From Hydrolagus colliei (lineage: Eukaryota): DNA of 64,000 bases. Below the pieces are notes generated by a model. That model was not told the DNA's origin, ran no database searches, and saw only the letters and a program-made list of their open reading frames with translations. Shown one piece after another: positions 36,086 to 48,449 of the stretch (position 1 is the first letter of the stretch; every line of letters begins with the position of its first letter). The stretch covers positions 41,354,001 through 41,418,000 of the forward strand of contig CM068744.1 of the NCBI GenBank assembly GCA_035084275.1, written 5' to 3'. A program made the position numbers and the translations under genes.

Positions 36086-39075
36086 GAATACTAGCTCCAC
36101 GAAAAAAAAAAGCCCAATATTATCCATCTCCCACAAATGATACCAATGGTGTGGCTCATATAGTGTTCTACAGTCAATTCACTTTACAGTATATTCTGTG
36201 AAGCGCTTTGAGACGTCTAGAAGAGGTGAAAAGCGCTATATCAAATGTAAGGACTATTAATATTGTTTCCTTGCAAGCGAAATTGCCACATATACAGCTA
36301 GTGTTGGGAGTAACGACACAATGCTACGCCCACAGAGAAAGATAAAGAGTTTCTTTGTGTTAGCTTATCAATCTTATCAATGTTCTCTGGAATGGGTGAT
36401 ACTGGGATGTAATAAAGTGTTTAAGATAAATGAAGTCAAATTCCATCTGGACTCAAATCAGACAAGTATCTGTAATTCTCCAATCTTTTTGAAAGTTCAC
36501 TAAGGACATCCACACCTTAAACTGTTCTTGGATTTCAATGCCCTGGAACATTGTTTCCTGGCTTCCTCTTTCCTCTCCCTCCAGTCATTCTAAGGAACCT
36601 TCTAGTTCGATTTACATGCTGCCCACAGTGCAGAAATACTATTACGGCTGGGATTGATGGGTTCAGGGAATCTAGTGGGGGAGTGGAAACAAGCTGTAGA
36701 GATCTTAATAATCTGAATAGAAGACCAATCAGTAGGGATATAGCGTAACTGAGCCTGGTTGTAATGAATAAGTATGGGAATGAGTGTCTCAGTAGCTTGA
36801 GGGGAGGCAGTGGCTGAACGATTAAATGTGTAGCTACCAAGAACATACAGATCACCATCTGATGGTTTCTGCCCTGCCCATAGTACAGAGACTGCGCTTG
36901 TCAAAGTCACAAATGACATCCCCTCTATCTGTGAACAGGGTTCCCACTGCCTCCTTGTCCTGGACATCCCCACTGCTTTCGACAAGTCGATCAAGCCATC
37001 CTCCTCCACCGCCTGTCCTCCGTCATCCACCTCAGTGGGACCGCACTCGCCTGGTTCGAGTCCTACCTCACAAACCGCCAGCAGTACATCTCCACAAACC
37101 GCTCTCACCCGGTTGTACTCGAAGGCTCCATCCTTGGCCCCCTCTTCTTCCTGATCTATATGCTCCCTCTATGGCATGTCATCCGCAGACATGGAGTACA
37201 CTTCCACATGTATGCAGATGACAACAAACTCTATTTTTCCACCTCACTTTGCAACACCCAGTCCCTGAAATACTGTCCATACTCTTTGGCTCTCGTCAAT
37301 GTCTTCAATCACACGGTTCCCACCTCCTCCTCCACCTGATCATCCCCTAAAACTCTCCGAACCCGTACGCCATTAGATGTCAGGTTCAACCCCCGATTAT
37401 ACTTCCTCCATGGGGTCCGCTTCCACATGTATGCGGTGAACAACAAATTCTATTTTCCCCCCTCACTTTGCAACCCCCAGTCCCCGATGTACGGTCAGCC
37501 TGCCTGCTAGATATCGAGGGCTGGATGAGCGCAAATTTCCTTCAGCTAAATTTTGACAAGATGGAAGCTAAACTCTTTGGTTCTGTCTTGTCAAAATTTA
37601 GACACACAGTTCCCACCTCCTCCACCCACCTAGCCTGCCCCTAAAATTCTCCAAACCTGAACGCCGTTTAGGCGTCAGGTTCAACCCCCAATTATCCTTC
37701 CTCCCCCACATCCGGTCCCTCACCAGCACTACCTTCTTCCATCTCCGACGCATCGCCCGTCGCCACCAATATCTCACCCCAAAACTTGCCAAAACCCTTG
37801 TCCATGCCTTTATCACCTCTCAGCTAGATTATTCAAATGCCCTCTTTGCCGGTCTCCCCTCTGCAACCGTTCATAAAATTCAGCTCATACAGAACTCCAC
37901 TGTATAATTCTCACCCTTACCAAATTCCGCTCCCCGAACACACCAGTCCTTGCCAGACTGCACCAGCTCCCTGTCCCGGAGAGGATTGATTTCAAGATTC
38001 TCCTGCTTGTATTTAAATACCTCCACTCCTCTGCACCCCCTACCTCTCTGACCTCTTCTCTCCTCACAATAAGTACCCGTTACCTTCACTCCCCCGGGTC
38101 TTGCTTCTTCCATGTCCCCAGAATCCTCTGCTCTATTATCGGCAGCTGTGCTTCAGCCACTACACCCTGAGTCCCTGGAAATCCCTTCCCCTTATCCCCT
38201 CCTTTCCTATTTTAAGGTCTCAGCTAAAGACCTTTCTTTTCTACCGCGCTTTCGATCACCTTCTTCCCCCTCCCGCTCAGCTCCGCCCCGCAATCCGTTA
38301 TTGTGAAGCGCTCTGAGACGCCGTTCAGCATGGAGGGCACTATATAAATCTAAGTTGTTGTTGTTGTTTTTCTTCATAGTGTGGTTAATATCAACTCCTC
38401 CCTTTCTATGCCTTGTGATCCGTGGCCATCATACAGGTTTTCCAGGGGTATTAATCCAATCCCCCCCAAATTAAAAAAATTATAATGATTTGGTGACTCA
38501 ACCCACTTCTATTTATGGATTCAATGTGTGCATTTGGCTGCTGTATTTCACCCACGTAATAAAAAGTTGATTTACTTTGTAATATATCCTTTGAAGTGCG
38601 TTGAAATACTTGAAGATGTAATAAGATGAAAAAGCAAGGATTATTATTATATTCCAGTACCATTGAGATAAAGGCTAAAATCCCATTCAACTTTTTGATA
38701 TATTCTCCTTCTTATGGTAATTGCCTCCTTCATGGCCTATCTCAAGTTCCTCCTCTTCCACCATGCATTTTGTCTCCCTACTTCACACACACACTTGCCC
38801 TCCAACCGTCCTGATCCCAACCTGCATTGTGGGTGCACATCCTGAATCTTCATGCCCTTGGGACTTCTTCAAGTAGTGAAAGCCACTATCCAAATTTAAT
38901 CTTTTCCTAAATTCACAGATTTATAGAATCATAGAATTGTACACCACAGAAACAGGCCACTCAGCCCATTACGTCTGTGCTGGAACTTCGAAAATAGTTG
39001 TCCCCATTCATCCCACTGCCGTACTCTCTTCCCATAGCGCTACAAACTGGTATTCCCCAAATAATTATCCCTCAG
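34689..39075 (+). repeat. Segmental duplication copy 2 (paralog of 19307-23586)
   Basis: Same order of CR1 3' end, SINE tail, unique spacer, L2 with an internal tandem duplication, and unique tail. Has ~125 bp (~36555-36677) that copy 1 lacks. Confidence 0.95.
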
Positions 39076-40224
39076 TAAGGAAACTTGCCCAAGGTTTCAC
39101 CCTGCCTGGATTGAACCCACGTCTCGCGCGTGTAAGATGAGTACTCTAAGCACTAAGCTACAGCACTCCACGTAAGTCTTCTGATAGCAGGTTGGCAGAG
39201 CTTGTGAAAAATGAAGGGATGAATTTAACACTCCACTAAACTTTGAGTTTTAACTAAACCATGTTTCACCCATAAAATAGTCACTACTTTATAGAATATT
39301 CTATGAAGCACTTTATGACATCTAAATTATGTGACTATATCAATTATCAATTGCAAGGATCATTATTATTTATTATTAAGAATGTAAATCTGACATAAAA
39401 CAAAATGAAGGCAGAGAATTCACAGTTAATCAATGAAAATCTGAAAGATTACAGTTCAGCGACACAGCCAAATTTCAGCCAATCATTCTCAGATGGTAAA
39501 TAAACCGAGGCATTTCCCCTGGTTTCCATGGCATATTATGCAGTGTTTTTGTTCAAAACATGCCACTGAATTGTTACAGTGCAAAAATCTGTGTGGAAAT
39601 GAAGAGAGCAACAAGGTAGAGCATCCGAATTAGGACTGCACTGAACTTTTCAATTATTTACATATTTAAAAAAATCTATGTAACTAAAGCATTCAGACTT
39701 CAACTAAAAATAATTAAGATACTTTTCAATCACCAGTTTGTACTCTTTAAAAATGCTGGCATTCTGCAATATTGTAAACTTGGCTGCTAATAAATTCAAG
39801 AATTATTATTAATGAAGAACAAACACAAGTTCAAGAACACTAGTGTCCTCTGCTGGACTCATAATACGAATGCTTTCAGATGCATTCGCACCTCTCACAC
39901 GGTCACCTCATTGGGCAGGTTTCCTTACTCCACATGCTTAAGTTTATTTTAATTTTAGTAATGTCATACAAGCAAAAGGCAAGTGTTTCAATAGGGCATT
40001 TCAGTACACCCAACTATTCAAAATAGCAAGGAAAATTTTATATTGGTACATGTCATTTTTGAAGAAAAGAGGCAGTTTTAAAAAGTACAGTACTTATATT
40101 CTAAGAGAAATTTAAGAGTTTCACAAGACAGGCAGTGAAAGTTTTATACACATCCACAAATGTACACACCCAGCAACCAATCATGTGCTATCAGTGTCAT
40201 CATGGCAACAGGTAGACAACAACA

Positions 40225-40697
40225 AACAACAAAATTACATTTGTAGAGCACCTTTCATGTCAGGAGGACTTCCCAAGAGGCTGGGCAATTACTGCTTCAG
40301 ACCCGAGCGGAGGACAGAGGATGGTGGGAGGGAAGGGGTCCGATGGATTGCCGATAGGTCCATCAAAGAGGAGAGGCTTGAGGCGAGACTTGAAGGAGGC
40401 CAGGGAGGGGGCGAGGCGGAGGGACTGCGGGATAGAGTTCCAGAGGTTGGGGGCAGAGTGGCTGAAGGCTCGCCCGCCAATGGTGGGGCGGATGGGGCGG
40501 AGGACATAGAGGAGACCAGAGACTGCTGAGTGGAGGGGGCAGGCAGGTTGGTAAGGGGATAGGAGGTATAGGAGATCACGGATGTAGGGTGGGGTGAAGT
40601 TGTGGAGTGCTTTAAATGTGAGGACCAGGATCTTGAGTTGCATCCTCTGGATGAGGAGCCAACAGAGTCGGGCGAGGATGGGGGAGATGGGGGTCAT
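40225..40697 (-). mobile_element. L2 LINE 3' fragment
   Basis: Minus ORF gives ILARLCWLLIQRMQLKILVLTFKALH..GGRAFSHSAPNLWNSIP; aacaacaa tail at ~40225. Confidence 0.85.
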
Positions 40698-40756
40698 AGT
40701 AAACATAACAGAAACCCCAAAGGGGACAAAATGCAGGACAGATGGAATATTGAATT

Positions 40757-41938
40757 TTAGAAGTGAAATGTCTCTTCCTGGGAATCAATCTGGAAGACAT
40801 AGCCATCTTCAGTAGTATCAGAACTAGCGTTCTGATTGCATGTCTGTCCGACATCGAGTCCTGGACGAGGGCAAATTTCCTACAACTCAACGTCATCAAG
40901 ATGGAAGCCCTCCTGATTGGCTCACGTCAGCACCTCCGCACTTCAGGCGCTGATAACATCAGCGTTCAAGGCTGCTCTCTCCACCTCTCGAAGCCAGTCA
41001 AGAATCTGGGCATCTTGTTTGACCCCAAGTTATCCTTCCTCCCCCACATCCGCTCCATGGAAGGCACAGCCTTCCATCACCTCTGCAATATTGTCAGACT
41101 CCGCCACTACCTCACCCCCCATGCCGCCGAAACTATCATCCATGCTTTTATCACTTCCAGGCTCGACTACGGGAACTCTCTCCTCGTCAGCCTCCCCAGC
41201 TCCTCCCTTCACAGGCTGCAGATCATTCAGAACTCTGCAGCTCATGTATTCTCCTGTACCAGGCTTCGTGACCACATCACTCCCATCCTCACCCATCTCC
41301 ACTGGCTCCCTGTCACTCAGAGGATCGAATTCAAGATCCTTATCCTCACTTTCAAGGCCATTCACGGCCTTGCCCCCACCTATCTCTCTGACCTGCTGTC
41401 TCCCTATCAGCCTGCCTGCACCCTCCGTTCAGCAGACTCAGGCCTGCTCTGCGTCCACTGCCCTAACCGCCCAACCATCAGCGGCTGGGCTTTCAGCCTC
41501 CTTGCTCCCACACTGTGGAATTCCATCCCGCAGCCCCTCCGCCTCGCTTCCTCCCTTTCCTCCTTCAAGGCCGGATTCAAGACCTTCCTCTTCAACCACG
41601 CCTTAGGCTGCCCCACTAACTCTTCCCCCTCTCCCACTCTCCTTCCCCTTCCCCCTACCCAATCCTTCCCCATCTCAGGTCCTAACCTGACTGTTCAGTG
41701 CTTTGGGACGTCCTCCTGACGTGAAAGAAGCTACATAAGTGCAATTTTGTTGTTGTTGTTCTGATTTTCTTCATTCTTATCTGAAAAGTATTTCTCTATT
41801 AAATTCAAAGAAGCTCTGTTAGATAAGTTCATTTTCATGGGACTGCAGAATCTTCATCTTGTCCAGGACACCACACTCTTCAATCATGAGACAAAGCTTA
41901 TCTGTTCCTTCAAACTTTCCGGCTGCCAAGAAGATGTA
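40757..41938 (-). pseudogene. KPNA2: Importin alpha-1 (KPNA2-like) C-terminal pseudogene fragment, split by L2
   Basis: 41938-41758 reads [39 protein letters not shown](+1 nt)[20 protein letters not shown]. 40837-40757 continues QNASSDTTEDGYVFQIDSQEETFHF*. Together these match the vertebrate KPNA2 C-terminus as recalled ([47 protein letters not shown]..TFNF*). Confidence 0.88.
40838..41757 (+). mobile_element. 5'-truncated L2 insertion flanked by a 9-bp target-site duplication
   Basis: GTTCTGATT at 40829-40837 and 41758-41766. The L2 frame is open to 41719 (ACLSDIESW..LQLNVIKME..HWLPVTQRIEFKIL); tail tgttgttgtt. Confidence 0.9.
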
Positions 41939-42165
41939 TGGAGTCCTGTAGCTCACTGGTTAGAGCATTCGTCTTACAAGTGGGAGATCTGTGTTTGAAT
42001 CCAGGAAGGGTCAGGGAAAACTTTGGGCAAGTAACCTTGCTCCACACAACTAATAGCAATCTACCAAAAAACACACACAATGATAATATTGATTATTTCA
42101 ATCCACAACTGCTTGGCTGCTATGTTTCACATAAAAATATAAAATCAATTCCCTTTACAGTATCG
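41939..42165 (+). mobile_element. tRNA-derived SINE, 3'-truncated
   Basis: ggagtcctgtagctcactggttagagc..gtttgaatcc head and the same body as the 30803 copy; abuts the KPNA2 fragment. Confidence 0.8.
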
Positions 42166-42439
42166 GAAGTACTTGTGATCGTAGATGGCATTGTCGATGA
42201 TGGTGATATCCAAGACACTGAGGCCCCAGGTGATCACCAGGTCGTGTCAGTGGCATGAACTTGGTTGATGGAGTGAATGTGGAAGGTGAGGTTGAGAGAG
42301 GAGAGATGAGATATCTAAGGGGTGAAGTGAAGTTTTAATTTATATCTAAGGGGTGAAGTGAAATTTTAGTTTATGGAGGATGAGGAGGCAAACAGAATAG
42401 AGGCAGAGGGAAGCTAGGAGAGTGGAGTGAGGTTGAGGT

Positions 42440-42670
42440 TTTGTGAACCCATGGATGGTGATGCTATCAGTGACAGATGTGTGAAGGGCCTCAGTCTTGT
42501 TGATGTTCAACTATAAAAACATGCTATTCTGTGTGAAATGAACTATACAAATACAAGTTATTGCAGCTCTGTGCTGCACTCACACTAACCACAAGAAATG
42601 TGGCACAAACAGGCAACAACGCCTGAGCTATTCCAGTGTCAACAAAAGGAAGGTTGAGCTTGTGCAAGTG
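42440..42670 (+). repeat. ~240-bp local duplication (paralog at ~44935-45178)
   Basis: Shared L2-to-unique junction cagtcttgttgatgttcaactata..acactaaccacaagaaatgtggcacaaacagg..ggttgagctt in both places. Confidence 0.85.
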
Positions 42671-42879
42671 CTTGATTTGGAGGCTAGGAGGATGGAGGTA
42701 TCAGAGATGAAAGCAGGGGAGGTATTACAATGGCAGTAACTGAAGAGGATTTTCAGTGGAAGATTGGAAGGATGGTAGAAAGTAAGGTACTTGAAGGAAA
42801 TGAGCCGGGGAGAATGGGGATAGATCAGGTGAGATCTTGGAGATGAAGACTATCTCATTGGAAAAAGAACAAATAACAA

Positions 42880-44570
42880 CAAACTACAGAGTTACATTTG
42901 TAAAGAACCTTTCACACCTTTCAAAATGTGTTGATGAATCGTGGATCAGGATCCAAGTGTAGACGGACGGTGGGAAAGTGGGGACAGGGTTGGGCTGAGG
43001 GAAGGCAGTGAGGGTAGGAGTGCGGGTGGAGGCATAGTCAAAAAGGATGGTCTTGAAGGAGACATGGGAGGAAGGAAGACAAAGGGATTGTGGAATGGAG
43101 TTGCAAATGATGGGGCTAGAGAAGCTGGAAGCCTGGCCACCAATGGTAGGGTGGGTTGGGTTGGAGGCATAGAGCACTATAGAGCCTGCTGAGTGGAGGG
43201 AGCAGACAGGTTGATCAGCAGGTCAGCAGGTCAGAGACATGGGAGAGAATAAGGTCATGGAGGGCCATTGAAGGAGAGGATAATGTTCTTGAATTCTATC
43301 CTCCGATGAATGGGGAGCTAGTGGAGACGTGCTAGGGTGGGGTTGATGGAGCCTGGTGCAGGACAGGACATGAGCAGGGGAGACCTGAAGTAATAAATGA
43401 GGGTTTCAGTGATCTGAAGGGTGAGGCAGTAGCGGAGTCAGGCAATGTTGCGGAGGCAGGGCAGGCAGAGCAGGTTATAGCATGCATGTAGGGAAGAAAG
43501 GACAATTCAGGGACAAATAAGATGCCTAGGTTCTTGACTGGATCTCTTTTGCAGGGGTAATATTCCTTCAAATAAAAATTATAATTTGGTCACATAATCC
43601 ATGACTGTTTGTTGGACATTGCTGTGCCAAACTGGCTGTCACATTTTGCCTCACATTTTATAGTCAATTTAATTTGCAAGTGTACAGTAAATTCTGTGAC
43701 GCGCTTTGAGACTTTTTAAGATTGATAACATGCTGTAAAGAATGCAAGATTATTGTAATTATTATTACAATAGCAAAAGTTATCTATATGATGCATTTTA
43801 AATTCAGAACCTTTTTGTAAATGAAGTTTTTAAAATTGTGAGGTTAAGGAAGGTGCTGGTTTGCACTTGTGAATACATGCTGAATAGATGTATGAAATTA
43901 CTAATTTAATTCCAGATTTCTGGTTAGAGTGTTTGGGTGGTGGGGCATTCTGAGAATCTGCAAATCAGGATTCACTCAAGGAGGAGTATTGGAAAATAAC
44001 CCACAAACATTTCACTTCTGAGCTGCACAGTTGGATACATAATAATATATTTATAATAATTATCCTTGTATTTTAGCCCTTCTGCCGACAATCTTTGGAA
44101 CAAATTCCCTTGCTCCTTCAAGGCCCATCTCAAGACCTTTATCTTCCTCTTCACCTTTGGCCACTGCACGCTCCCTGATACCAACCCCTCTCTCCCCCTA
44201 ACTGTTTAATGCCTTGAGCTGTCCTTCCAACATGAAAGACATGCTATATAAATTAAATATTGTATTCTATGACTGTTAAGCGCAATGACAACTTAAGCAA
44301 ACTCAGCAGCCAATGTGCACACATCATTGACCACATGCATGAGGTGAATGAACAATTATATCTGGGAGATTGTTGGTCAGGACAATGGGAGAAACAACAA
44401 CAAAATTACACTTGTACAGAGCCTTTCAAGAAACTTAATAGTAAAATTATTTGATGTTTAGTACTGCCTGACACTGTTGCCATGTTAAACACATGAAAGA
44501 TATCACCACCTGACCAACTGTCCACAAAATTCCTTCCATGTATTCAACATGACAGCAGTTTCAGCCAGCA
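42880..44570 (+). repeat. Older duplication copy B (paralog of ~28690-30750)
   Basis: Colinear matches to copy A, including tttgatgtttagtactgc..gccatgttaaaca..caaaattccttccatgtat (44450-44545 vs 30633-30727). Confidence 0.85.
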
Positions 44571-45544
44571 CCTACCAACAGTTTATGTAATAATAATAAC
44601 AATAATAATAATAATAATAATAATAACCCTTGCATTTGATATAGCCCTTTTCAAATCTTCAAGATATCTCAAAGCGCTCCACTGAATGTACGGTAAAGTG
44701 AATTATCTGAATATTTGTTGGCGAAATTGCGGCAACCAGTTATGCATAGCAGAGTCCTACAAACAGTCATGGATTGAAATGACCAATTTATTATTGTTTA
44801 TCCGAGGGATTATTTCATCAGGCACTTGGAGTCAGGAAACCTGTCTAACATACGTGTGGAGCAATGCACTGATGAGAGGTAGAAAGGACATTTGAGGGTC
44901 AAGCAAGACGTCTGGGTTCCGGACTGTCTTGGTGAGGTTTTGTGAATCCATGCATGGTGATGCTATCAGTGACCAATGTGTGGAGGACCTCAGTCTTGTT
45001 GATGTTCAACTATAGAAACACGCTATTCTGTGTGAAACTAACTATATAAATACAAGTTATTGCAGCTCTGGGCTGAACTCACACTAACCACAAGAAATGT
45101 GGCACAAACAGGCAGCAAAGCCTGAGCTATTCCTATAAGAACAAAAGGAAGGTGTGAAGGTTGAGCTTCTGCAAGTGGCCACAGGGAGAAAGGTGTCAGG
45201 TTTTCATTGAATTGTACAGAAAACTCAAACTGATCACAAGATAAGTACAATCATACTTAATAGAAATATACATTTCCATGAAAAATTAGGGGAATGGAAC
45301 AGTGCTGGAGATATTCATGTAGAGTCTGTACAATTTTTGAAAAGGGAGTTGGACAGATGTTTTAAAAGATTACCACCATTCCCACACTCTCATACAGTAT
45401 TTTAAGACAAAACAGTAATTCAGCTTACTTTTAACTGACACTGAAATACCATGTTGGAGGTGTTGCCCTTTAGATAAAACATTAAGCTATTGTCCCATCT
45501 GGATGTTGATTGGTCATTTGCATTCATCCACATAAGCTGTAAGG

Positions 45545-45965
45545 ATAATAATAACAATAATAATAATAGTCCTTGCATTTGATATAGCGCTTTTCACATC
45601 TTATCGACATCTCAAGCGCTACACAGAATATAGTGTAAAGTGAATTGACTGTATATTTGTGGGCGAAACGCGGCAGTCAATTGCACACAGTACTGTCCCA
45701 CAAACAGTCGTGGATTGAAATGACCAATTTATTATTAATGTGTGTTTTTTTGGTGGGTTTATTTTTAGGCATGTGCAGGAAGGAAACTTGCCCAGGGTTT
45801 CACCCTGATCTGCCTGGATTCGAACACAGGTCTCGTGCTTCTAAGGCAAGTGCTCTAACCACCCTTGTAAAAAAAAAAGTACCATGGTAATGGTGGTAGT
45901 ATCATGGTAGTACCACCTTTACCATAGTACTTTTTTACAAGGGCACTGAGCTACAGGAGCTCCAG
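45545..45965 (-). mobile_element. Full-length SINE carrying a nested MITE in its tRNA head
   Basis: Reverse complement of the 30803-type SINE; the head ctaaccac|tgagctacagg is interrupted. Confidence 0.85.
45862..45943. mobile_element. 82-bp palindromic MITE, CCC...GGG termini, 2-bp CA TSD
   Basis: taac-CA-CCCTTGTAAAAAA..gtaccatggtaatggtggta / taccacctttaccatagtac..TTTTTTACAAGGG-CA-ctgagc. Removing it restores the SINE head. Confidence 0.82.
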
Positions 45966-48059
45966 CTCATCTGGAATCACTCCTGACCCAACCCTATCCT
46001 CCAGCTACTGCCCATCTCCAACCTCCCATTCCTAGCCAAGGCCCTGGAACGAGTTGTTGCATCCCAGCTTCGCTCTTTTCTTTCTCAACATTCCTTCTTT
46101 CAACCCCTCCATCCAGTTTTGATGCTGCCCACTGCATGGAAACAGCCCCTGTCAAAATCTCTAATTACATTCCAAACATCTGTTAGCAATAATTTCACTC
46201 TGCCTCCTTGACCTCCTTGACAATCTATGCTGTGTTTAACACTGTTGACCACTCCATCCTTGTACACTACTTCTCTTCTCAGCTCAATCTTCGCGGACCT
46301 GCCCTTGCCTGGTTCGACTGTTACCTCTTCCAGCATCTCCACTTTGTAGGCCAATCATAGTGTCTCTAGCTGCCACACTGTCACTTTGGCATCACCCAGG
46401 GATCTGTTCTTGGCCCTCTCCTTTTCAAAATCTATATGCTACTACTTGGTGACATCATCCATAGACACCCAACTCTAATTTGTGTTTCCACCCTTGATTC
46501 CAGAACTCTTGCTGTACTGACAGACTGCATTTTAGACATCAAGTCTTGGATGAGAGCAAATGTTCTACATTTGAATGTTAACAATACCGAGTCCGTTCTA
46601 ATTGGATCACACCAGCACCTCCACACTTCCATCACTGGCAGCATTAATATCCATGGATGCACACTGCACCTTACCAAGCCAGTCAAGAACCTAGGCGTCT
46701 TGTTCATTCTTCAAATTATTTTCTACCCCACATAATGCCATCATCACTCACTCTGTTTTCCCTCACCTCTGCAACATCGCTCATCTCTGCCACTACCTCA
46801 CCCATCAGCATGTTGGAACTTTTACTCATACCTTCATCGCGTCCAGGCTTGACTATGACAACTGCTGCTTCTCAGCCTCCCTTTCTCTCCTTCCATAGGC
46901 TGCAGATTATCCAGAACTCTTATCCCCTCCTGCACCAAGCTCCGCGACCCCATCTCTCCTATTCCTGCCCATCATTCAAAGGATTCAATTAAAGATCCTG
47001 GTCTGCAACTTTAAAGCCCTCCATAGCCTTGCCCCATCCCACCTCTGTGACCTCCTATCCCCCAACCAACCGGCTTGCTCCCTCCTCTCAGTGTTTTCCA
47101 GCCTGCTCCGTGTCCCCCGACCCACCAACTCACCATCGGCATGTGAACTTTCAGTCACTCTGTCCTCAAGCTATGGAATTCCATCCCACAATCCCTCTGG
47201 TTGGAGCCTTGGGTTACACCACAGATGATTCAGTATTTGTGGGAGGAGAAACAATTTGTGGAGAGGAAGAGATGGCGATGGTTAAGTGGAACCAGATGAG
47301 TGCGGTCCTATTGAGGTGGATGAGGGAAGAGAAATGGTGGAGGATAGCGTTATCAGGGAGGACAAAGAGCTGTGGCAACACAGAGAAGGAGAGGACAACA
47401 TTTATGACTTTGACAAGTGTTATAAGAAGGATACAGCAGAAATGGAAAGTTTGCAGTGTAGGTTTACTTGGATGATACCACAGCTGACACTTTACTTCAC
47501 TTCAGGATAAACTGGTGAAGCCATTTTTACTACAGAAAACTTAAATAAGTTTTAATAAAGGTGTTTACGAAGTTATAAAAGCCACCTTAAATAGTCTATA
47601 ACCATGGCACACAGTACAGCAGAAGCCGTTTAAACCAGTCGCATCACGGATGGCTGTTCTGTCCAGCTTAAGAGCTGTTCCAAGGCTAATCAAAGTTTTC
47701 TTACCTCTTCCTGTCCAGCCAAGTGTGGTGTTGACACCATCTCTCTCCCATTTCCGTTCACTTTGGATGGAAAGTGGACATCTTCACGGCGGCTCCACGA
47801 GTGGAGTCAAGATGTCAATCAGGTGGACATCCCAAGGCGATGGATAGTCATTGTTTCAGACCCGATATGGGATTAGGTATGGGTAGGGTGGAGGGAAAGG
47901 GGAGGATTTTGGGTGTCCTTTCTTAAATAATAGTTCTTTCTTAGATCATTTTAGTGAAATTATCCACTTTCCTACTTTTACTACCTAGGTGAGTAACTTC
48001 ACACTTTCTCACATTATACTCCATTATTTATCTCTACTGCAAATTTCTATGGTTCTATC

Positions 48060-48370
48060 TGGACTCCTGTAGCTCAGAGGTTAGAGCACTCGCCTTCAAA
48101 GTGTGATATTTGTGTTCAAATCCAGGCAGGTCAGGGCAAAACATTGAGCAAGTTTCCTTACTCGATACACCTAATAATACTCCGTCTAAAAATATTTTAA
48201 AATATAATTTATAATAAATTGGTCATTGGTGCGCTAATGGCTGCCGCATTTCAACCACATATATACAGCCAATTCACTTTACAATATACTCTGTGAAGTG
48301 CTTTGAGATGTCTAAAAGATGTGAAAAGTGCTATATCAAATTTCAAGGATTATTATTATTTATTATATTA
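48060..48370 (+). mobile_element. Full-length tRNA-derived SINE
   Basis: ggactcctgtagctcagaggttagagc..gttcaaatcc head, tggctgccgcatttc core, gaaaagtgctatatcaaa..tattatt tail. Confidence 0.82.
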
Positions 48371-48449
48371 TGGTACAAAAAAAACAACCACTTGGGACAT
48401 CCTTCGGCCATAAAATGCGCTATAATAACATAATTTTGTAAAGTTGTAT

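Noticed and set aside
42305-42375. 35-bp tandem duplication (atatctaaggggtgaagtgaa...)
   Set aside because: A simple slippage duplication inside an L2 relic with no functional indication.
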